A DNA stretch of 64,000 nucleotides from the NCBI GenBank assembly GCA_016839555.1, contig JAEOUA010000004.1, positions 23,894 to 87,893 on the forward strand, in the 5' to 3' direction. Below the pieces are notes generated by a model. It searched no databases. It saw only the letters and a list, made by a program, of their open reading frames with translations, and had not been told where the DNA came from. Origin of the DNA: Promethearchaeota archaeon. GTDB taxonomy: Archaea > Asgardarchaeota > Lokiarchaeia > Sigyniarchaeales > SOKP01. Shown piece by piece: positions 1 to 6,830 of the stretch. Made by a program: the position numbers and the translations under genes. Position 1 is the first letter of the stretch, and each line of letters begins with the position of its first letter.

Positions 1-69
1 AAAAGATAAAATAAAAAAAAATTTATTTTATAATTCATTCCTTTTTATATACACTATTTTTAAGAGTAA

Positions 70-777
70 GTGATTAATATTCCTCGTAGAAAAAGAAAAT
101 TAAAATATTCAAGAAAATACGCTTGTAAATATTTAGAACCAATGGGAGATATTTCGAGTAGTCGACAACCTTTATGTTATTGTACAGAAAGAGACTTAGT
201 TCTTGGGACAAAGGCTTATATATGCCAAGTGTGTTCGCTTTATTCAAAAACAAATACGAAAATTACGGAAGTTTATCAAGAAAGTAAAGCGGAGGCAGAC
301 AAATTAATTGAGGAAGAGGAAGTAGAAGAAATAGAAATTGAAGAATTAGAAGAGGAAGAAGAAATAGATTTGTCTGTTGAAGAATTTGAAGAGGAAGAAA
401 TAATAATAGAAAGATATGAACAAAAAAGAGCGGGTAAAGCAATAGAAGAAGCTGAGGAATTTGCTGAGATGGAATGCCCTTTTTGCGGAGAGCTTTTTGA
501 TAATCTCGCCACTCATATTAGGGAGTGTGAGTTCGCACCTGATGATGTTGATATAGAGGATTATCTTCCTTCTCGAAAACCTAAAAAGGAAAAAAAAGAA
601 GAGAAAGCAATTGAGAAAGATGAAGATAAACTTAAGTGTCCTTATTGTGGAAAAACGTATGCACGCTTAGGAAGGCATTTACCTTATTGTGAAGAAAGAC
701 CTGATGACGCTGATGAAGAGCTTGAAGAAAAATACAAAGATGGTAAAATTGATTTAACTGAATTTAAAAAAGATTAA
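70..777 (+). CDS. Acidic protein with two C2HC zinc-finger-like repeats and an N-terminal Cys cluster
   Basis: GTG start. Glu-rich central tract. Repeats CPFCGELFDNLATHIREC and CPYCGKTYARLGRHLPYC (C-x2-C-x9-H-x3-C), each followed by PDD. Confidence 0.75.
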   Translation: MINIPRRKRKLKYSRKYACKYLEPMGDISSSRQPLCYCTERDLVLGTKAYICQVCSLYSKTNTKITEVYQESKAEADKLIEEEEVEEIEIEELEEEEEIDLSVEEFEEEEIIIERYEQKRAGKAIEEAEEFAEMECPFCGELFDNLATHIRECEFAPDDVDIEDYLPSRKPKKEKKEEKAIEKDEDKLKCPYCGKTYARLGRHLPYCEERPDDADEELEEKYKDGKIDLTEFKKD

Positions 778-783
778 TAATTT

Positions 784-1701
784 ATGTCTAATCAAATTTA
801 TTATTGCAAACCTGTATTTAGACCCCCATCTGAAGCAAGATCATTATTAATTCAACTTACAGAAGGATGTACTTACCAATGCGATTTTTGCATGTCTAAT
901 TTGAGAAAAGAATTTAGAATTAGATCAGTTGATGCTGTTAAAAAAGATTTAGATAACGCTCGTAAAATATATGGAATGAATGTAAATAGAATCTTTTTTT
1001 TAGACGGGAATGCAATGGTAACTCCCACAAATAAACTATTAGAAGTGACTAACTACGCGTTTGAATTATTTCCGAACCTTGAAAGATGTGGTGTATATGC
1101 TCATTCAAAAGATATTTTGAAGAAATCAGATGAACAACTTGCTAAGCTTTCAAAAGCAGGATTGAAAATTGCATATGTGGGATTCGAATCAGGTTATGAT
1201 GCATTACTCAACGCAGTGAATAAACATGCAACCAAACAAGATCATATAGAAGCTTCTAAAAAGTTAATGAACGCAAATATTACATTATCAGCAACCTTAA
1301 TTAACGGGCTTGGAGGTGCGAATAATCCTGAAATTAGTGAAAAGCATGCAATCGAATCTGCAGATCTTGTAAATACAATTTGCCCAGATGATGAAAGGCT
1401 CTGGTATGTTGCTTTTTTAACTTTAATGGTTCCACCTGGAACAGAAGTGTTTAAAAAAAAGGTCACTGGAAGGTTTCAGGAAATGAATTCCACTCAAATC
1501 CTTCAAGAGCTCAAAATTTTTATTAGTAATATTGGTTTTAAGAATAAAAATGCTAATTGTATTTTTAGATCGAATCATGCTTCAAATTATTTACCTCTAA
1601 AAGGCATATTAGAGCGTGATAAAAAAAAAATTTTAAATGTGATCGATTATGGTCTTTCTCATCAAGAAAGTTTAAGACCAGAATTTTACCGTGCTCTTTA
1701 A
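784..1701 (+). CDS. Radical SAM protein of unknown substrate
   Basis: CxxxCxxC motif CTYQCDFC; family-typical RPPSEARSL and FRSNHASNYL motifs. Confidence 0.9.
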   Translation: MSNQIYYCKPVFRPPSEARSLLIQLTEGCTYQCDFCMSNLRKEFRIRSVDAVKKDLDNARKIYGMNVNRIFFLDGNAMVTPTNKLLEVTNYAFELFPNLERCGVYAHSKDILKKSDEQLAKLSKAGLKIAYVGFESGYDALLNAVNKHATKQDHIEASKKLMNANITLSATLINGLGGANNPEISEKHAIESADLVNTICPDDERLWYVAFLTLMVPPGTEVFKKKVTGRFQEMNSTQILQELKIFISNIGFKNKNANCIFRSNHASNYLPLKGILERDKKKILNVIDYGLSHQESLRPEFYRAL

Positions 1702-1853
1702 TCTTAATATTTCTCTAATCTGTTTTCTAACCTTAGGGTGTAGTATTTATAAACAACAGAAAAATTTTTAATTTATAAATGAAGTTATCTTAAAAATTAT
1801 CTAGTATTATACATATTATTCTTAATTCAAAATTCTTAATGAAATGAAAAAAA

Positions 1854-2486
1854 ATGGAAAATAAAAAAATTACTTTACTCGTGGGCTCACCGCGTAAAAA
1901 TCAAAGCTGCAATTTTTTAATTGATAAAGCGATTGAAGGAATTAAATCCATTTCAGAGAATATAATTATTAATAAGATTTATGTTACCGATTTCAATATA
2001 ACCCCTTGTAATGGATGCAATAATTGCTTAAGGGACCCTTATGAATGCCCATTAGCAGAGAAAGATGATACTAAAAAATTAGAATCATTTATACTTAATT
2101 CGGATGCACTTTTAATCGCCTCGCCTAGTTATTTTGGAAGTGTTTCTGCACAAATAAAAATAATTATTGATAGATCTCGTCCATGGAAGATGAATAATTA
2201 TCAATTAAAAAACGTAATATTCGCGCCTTTAGTTGCTACGGGGACAAGAAATGATGCTGCAGGTGGTGTTATTTCAGATTTAATTAATTTTGCTCTTATT
2301 CAGGGTATGATTGTTGTCGGAGCTTTAGGAAATCCTGTCATTGATCAAAATATACCCATTACTAGTCTTCAGAAATATAACAGAAAAGAATTTTTAGGTA
2401 AGGACGAAATTGACGAATTAGGTGGAATAATAGCTATTAATTTGGGGAAAAGAGTAGCAGAATTACTGAATTATATCAAAAAATAA
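1854..2486 (+). CDS. Iron-sulfur flavoprotein / flavodoxin-fold FMN reductase family protein
   Basis: GSPRK FMN-binding loop, compact CNGCNNC-x6-C cluster, ASPSYFGSVSAQIK. Confidence 0.88.
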   Translation: MENKKITLLVGSPRKNQSCNFLIDKAIEGIKSISENIIINKIYVTDFNITPCNGCNNCLRDPYECPLAEKDDTKKLESFILNSDALLIASPSYFGSVSAQIKIIIDRSRPWKMNNYQLKNVIFAPLVATGTRNDAAGGVISDLINFALIQGMIVVGALGNPVIDQNIPITSLQKYNRKEFLGKDEIDELGGIIAINLGKRVAELLNYIKK

Positions 2487-2540
2487 GTAATAAAAAATAA
2501 AAAATTTTAATTATTTTATTTTTTCATCATATTTCAATAT

Positions 2541-2864
2541 TTATAATGGGTCTTCTTCTTTATCACTTTGGAGATCTAAAGAATTAGAAGAGCTCTCTTC
2601 GAATAAATCCTCATCGTATTTAGATTTTCCTCCTATTGGTTTATCTCCTGGCCAATAACTATTAATAATAATCCCAGCAATGATAAGAATAACACAGATC
2701 ACTATATAGAATATTATATTAAATTGTGGAGCAATACTCAAAACAGCGGTAATCCAAGCCACCATGAAAAATCCTATAGGACTAAGGAAAGGAAAAAAGA
2801 AGAGCATTATACCACCCATGGCGTTAACAAAATTTTGTAATGCATCAAATAATAGAAAGAACAT
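2541..2864 (-). CDS. Hypothetical membrane protein
   Basis: Hydrophobic helices plus an acidic tail; last gene of a tightly spaced three-gene run. Confidence 0.65.
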   Translation of the reverse strand: MFFLLFDALQNFVNAMGGIMLFFFPFLSPIGFFMVAWITAVLSIAPQFNIIFYIVICVILIIAGIIINSYWPGDKPIGGKSKYDEDLFEESSSNSLDLQSDKEEDPL

Positions 2865-2866
2865 TT

Positions 2867-3412
2867 TTATTTCATCAACCTCTCTGCTCTAATTTTTTCT
2901 CTATTTAATGTAAAATCTACAAGATCATAAGTCTTTATAATTATTGTAAGGAAATAAATACCCATGTATAACATTAAAAAGTCTGCTAAGAACACATTTA
3001 CAATTGCTTTAAAGAAATCATCGAAACCTATAGATCCTCCTCCTAGAATTATTTCATAAGGTGTTTTAAATGGTTGGAAAATAAATAATTGTACATCTGT
3101 TCCTCCACTAAACTTATAGCTCCATATATATAAGCAATTTACTAGAATTTGAACTAAAGCAAACACTCCTTTTCTAATTGACTGTTTTGGACTTGAATAA
3201 TTAAGAAAAGCGAATCCACTGACCAAAAGGCCAAAAGCGGTGAGCCAATAAACAATTCTCTCATATTGATATTGAGAAAGTCCAACTGGTATTCCTTGAA
3301 ATTCTATATTTTTGATTGCTGTGAATACGATGGCAGGCACAACAATGGTAATAACTATATATGCCCCAAATCCTCCAAATCCTTTTAATATATTTTTAAT
3401 TGCTGTTTTCAT
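2867..3412 (-). CDS. Hypothetical membrane protein (about 4 TM)
   Basis: Four hydrophobic segments; G-rich SD-like AGAGGGGGG just upstream of the ATG. Confidence 0.75.
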   Translation of the reverse strand: MKTAIKNILKGFGGFGAYIVITIVVPAIVFTAIKNIEFQGIPVGLSQYQYERIVYWLTAFGLLVSGFAFLNYSSPKQSIRKGVFALVQILVNCLYIWSYKFSGGTDVQLFIFQPFKTPYEIILGGGSIGFDDFFKAIVNVFLADFLMLYMGIYFLTIIIKTYDLVDFTLNREKIRAERLMK

Positions 3413-3432
3413 GTTTTAAAACCCCCCTCTCT

Positions 3433-4068
3433 TTAAAATAATCCCTCCAGTGGATATTGAAATACAAGCACATTAAAATGGATGAGATCTAAAGAATAGG
3501 ACGCTGAAAAATAGACATCTATATAGAATTTAACTGTCGGATTAGTAACAGTAACAGGAGCAAAATTCGTTATATTATATTTCGCAATAAACGTTTGTTG
3601 AGGAGCTATTGCACCATATAACAATCCAAAAGGGATAAAACTTATATGAATGACACCTCTATCACCAACTCCTGTGCCATTAAACATAGTTATAGCTATT
3701 CCAAGTGTAAATTCACTTAAGTCAAAATATCCTGCATTTCTTATTTTAAAAGGTATTGAGATATATAAATCAGATAAATTCCCGGCAATAAGGGCATCAA
3801 CAATATTTTCCTCTATATCTATATTAAAAGGTAGACCATATTCTGTTAAATTTAAAATATAAGGAAATGCAATATTATTTCGATTATTTTGGGCACCTGC
3901 AGGATCAAAAGGATCTCCTATCCCTGTGATGGTTGTATCTTGTCCCCCCAGTATTTGAACCGCTGATAAACCTCCTAAAATTGAAACGGCTGACATGGAC
4001 AGTGTAAGAAATAGTACGAAAATTCTAACAATCCATCGAAAGATTCTCGATTTTCTAATTTTAATCAA
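3433..4068 (-). CDS. Hypothetical N-terminally anchored protein with a beta-rich exterior domain
   Basis: Basic N-terminus followed by one TM helix, then alternating beta-strand patterns and NxS/T sequons. Confidence 0.7.
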   Translation of the reverse strand: MIKIRKSRIFRWIVRIFVLFLTLSMSAVSILGGLSAVQILGGQDTTITGIGDPFDPAGAQNNRNNIAFPYILNLTEYGLPFNIDIEENIVDALIAGNLSDLYISIPFKIRNAGYFDLSEFTLGIAITMFNGTGVGDRGVIHISFIPFGLLYGAIAPQQTFIAKYNITNFAPVTVTNPTVKFYIDVYFSASYSLDLIHFNVLVFQYPLEGLF

Positions 4069-4248
4069 CTACTTTTTTGATTAGATTTGATTTAAATAAA
4101 TATTTTTAATAATTATATTTATAATTTTCTTATTTATATTTTTTATATTTTTTCTATTTATTTAAACAATTAAATTTCTAAGCAATTAAAAACAATTTAA
4201 ACTAAATATTTGTAAATGCAATATATCAAATTTAATAAGACTAAATAG

Positions 4249-6177
4249 TTGTTGAATATGGGACATACTCTAACAGAAAAAATCATAACTAAGCATTTAC
4301 TTGAAGGAAAATTAATCAAAGGAGAAAATATAGGAATTAAAATAGATCAAACGCTTACTCAAGATGCAACGGGCACGCTGGCATATCTTCAATTCGAAAG
4401 TATGGGCGTATCTAAGGCAAAGACCGAGTTATCAGTGAGCTACGTAGATCATAATACATTACAAACAGATTATAGAAATGCGGATGATCATCGATATCTT
4501 AAAAGTATAGCTGCGAAATATGGACTATATTTTTCAAAACCTGGAAATGGGATTTGTCATCAACTTCATTTGGAACGATTTTCAATACCCGGAAAAACTC
4601 TATTAGGAAGTGATAGTCATACCCCAACTTGTGGAGGAATTGGAATGCTTGCTATTGGTGCGGGTGGTTTGGATGTTGCTGCAGCAATGGCAGGCGAACT
4701 TTTTTATTTTAAAATGCCTCAAATCATTAATATGCATTTAATCGGTGAACTTTCCAAATTTATTTCAGCTAAAGATATTATATTAGAAATATTGAAAAGA
4801 TTAGATGTTAAAGGCGCTGTAAATAGGATTTTAGAATATACAGGTCCCGGGATTAAGAGCTTATCAGTTCCAGAGCGAGCAACAATAACAAATATGGGAA
4901 CTGAAACAGGTGCTACAACCTCAATATTTCCTTCAGATGAAAATACAAAAAAGTTCCTATATGCTCAACAAAGAGTAAATGATTGGAAGGAATTAAAATC
5001 TGATGAAGATGCTACTTATGATGGAAAAATAGAGATGGAATTGAACGAGATTGAGCCTATGATTGCCTTACCTCATAGCCCAGGTAATGTAAAGCCTGTA
5101 AAGGAAGTTGAGGGGGTTCCTATTGATCAAATTTGCATAGGAAGTTGTACAAATTCCAGTTTAAGAGACTTGAAAATAGTCGCAAATATCTTTAAAAATC
5201 GAAAAATAAAAGATGATGTAAGTGTCACAATTTCTCCAGGTTCAAGACAAGTTGTGAACCATTTAATTAAATCTGGGGAGATGTCTTACTTGATAAAAGC
5301 AGGAGCAAGGATTTTAGAAAATGCATGCGGACCTTGTATAGGTATGGGGCAAGCCCCCTCCACCGATTCAGTTTCTCTACGAACCTTTAATAGAAATTTT
5401 ATCGGAAGATCCGGTACAAAAAGTGCGAGTGTTTATCTTGTAAGTCCCGAAACCGCAGCAGTTTCCGCTTTAATGGGAAAAATTACGGATCCTCGAACTT
5501 TCGATCATTCAATAGAAATTACTATGCCAGAAAAATTTATTATTAATGATAATATGATTGTTCCCCCTTCAAGCACTCCTGAAAAAGTTAAAATAATTCG
5601 TGGTCCAAATATAAAACCCTTACCTTCTTTTCCTCCATTAAAAGATAAATTAAAGGGGGAAATCCTGCTTAAAGTGGGCGATAATATTACTACTGATCAT
5701 ATTATGCCTGCTGGGGCTAAAATTTTACCATTGAGGAGTAATATTCCAGCGATTAGTGAGTATGTATTTAATATTATTGATTCGAGTTTTTCAAATCGAG
5801 CCTTAAATAGAAACGGGGGATTTATTGTTGGGGGAGATAATTACGGTCAAGGATCAAGTCGAGAGCATGCCGCTATAGCTCCTAAATATTTAGGAATTAA
5901 AGCTATTATCGCAAAATCCTTTGCTCGCATCCATTTAGATAATTTAATTAATTTCGGAATTGTCCCACTTACATTTAACAATCTAAAAGATTATCAATCC
6001 CTTGATCAAGGTGATATTATAGAAATTGATTTAACTTCGTTAGAATTGGATAAAGTTGTAATTCATAACCTTACTAAAAATAATAAAATAACAACAAAAC
6101 ATAACTTAGATAAAAGATCCCTTCAAATTCTTAAAGTAGGGGGAAAATTACCCTATATTAGACAAAAACAAAATTAA
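4249..6177 (+). CDS. Aconitate hydratase (short, about 640-aa single-chain type)
   Basis: QDATG, DHN, GSDSHT, IGSCTNSS, CGPCIGMG, TTDHIMPAG and YGQGSSREHA motifs. Alternative ATG at 4258. Confidence 0.93.
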   Translation: MLNMGHTLTEKIITKHLLEGKLIKGENIGIKIDQTLTQDATGTLAYLQFESMGVSKAKTELSVSYVDHNTLQTDYRNADDHRYLKSIAAKYGLYFSKPGNGICHQLHLERFSIPGKTLLGSDSHTPTCGGIGMLAIGAGGLDVAAAMAGELFYFKMPQIINMHLIGELSKFISAKDIILEILKRLDVKGAVNRILEYTGPGIKSLSVPERATITNMGTETGATTSIFPSDENTKKFLYAQQRVNDWKELKSDEDATYDGKIEMELNEIEPMIALPHSPGNVKPVKEVEGVPIDQICIGSCTNSSLRDLKIVANIFKNRKIKDDVSVTISPGSRQVVNHLIKSGEMSYLIKAGARILENACGPCIGMGQAPSTDSVSLRTFNRNFIGRSGTKSASVYLVSPETAAVSALMGKITDPRTFDHSIEITMPEKFIINDNMIVPPSSTPEKVKIIRGPNIKPLPSFPPLKDKLKGEILLKVGDNITTDHIMPAGAKILPLRSNIPAISEYVFNIIDSSFSNRALNRNGGFIVGGDNYGQGSSREHAAIAPKYLGIKAIIAKSFARIHLDNLINFGIVPLTFNNLKDYQSLDQGDIIEIDLTSLELDKVVIHNLTKNNKITTKHNLDKRSLQILKVGGKLPYIRQKQN

Positions 6178-6296
6178 AAATAAACTATTTAATTTTGAAG
6201 ATTTTAATAGTTTAAAAATAGTGAAGTGTAAAATATTTAAAAAAAGATTATTTTTTTAATTTTTTATTTTTATTGGTCACACTCACGCAGAGTGAA

Positions 6297-6331
6297 TCCC
6301 CAATCTTCTACCATTTATAAGATTGAGTCAT
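6297..6331 (-). promoter_or_regulatory. Eukaryote-type SECIS element in the 3' UTR
   Basis: Minus strand reads AUGA-CUCAAUCUU-AUAAAUGGUAG-AAGAUUGGG-GA: AUGA/GA core, 9-bp stem (8 Watson-Crick pairs plus 1 G-U), apical AAA. It lies 4 nt after the TAA of a gene carrying an in-frame TGA. Confidence 0.85.
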
Positions 6332-6335
6332 TTTT

Positions 6336-6707
6336 TTACCCATACACATCCGATTCTTTTTTTATAAATAACATGCCAACTGTTTTTCCTTTGACTTCAC
6401 CGAGTGCTGCATCGATAAGCATTGTAGGCTTTTCTTCGAATTCAGATACTAATGGGTTTTCAATATAGACTTCGACATCATAATCTTCATTAAATTCATC
6501 CCATTTAACGAAGCCTTTTTTATCTTTGAGAACCTTATGTTTTTGGACAAGTTCTACCACATTTCCGCAAAATGCCATTGTTCATGTTTCAGATGAATAG
6601 AAAAAAATTGCAAGTATTAGTTCAGAGGAGTTATTTTGTTTTTTTTTAGTTTCTTTTTGTTCTTTAATATAATTCAGTGCTTTATTTGATATTGTTATCT
6701 TAAAAAA
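6336..6707 (-). CDS. Predicted selenoprotein, HesB-like / CC-Se-motif-like, about 120-123 aa (extends the 6336-6578 ORF; exact start uncertain)
   Basis: The frame is open from 6707 except for one TGA at 6582-6584: (FF)KITISNKALNYIKEQKETKKKQNNSSELILAIFFYSSET-U-TMAFCGNVVELV...DVEVYIENPLV. SECIS downstream; GGTGA SD at 6711-6715. Confidence 0.78.
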
Positions 6708-6830
6708 TTATCACCACTTTCTATATTTTATATGCAACAATCTTTTAAAAATTTAAAATATTTATATAATTGTTTTAAAAACTTTTTTTGTATAATATGA
6801 AAAAAAATTTGTAAAAATATCGACTAAAAT

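Noticed and set aside
6336-6578. 80-aa ORF as a complete gene starting at ATG 6578
   Set aside because: No SD at that ATG; the frame continues through a TGA into a plausible N-terminus with an SD, and a SECIS follows the stop.
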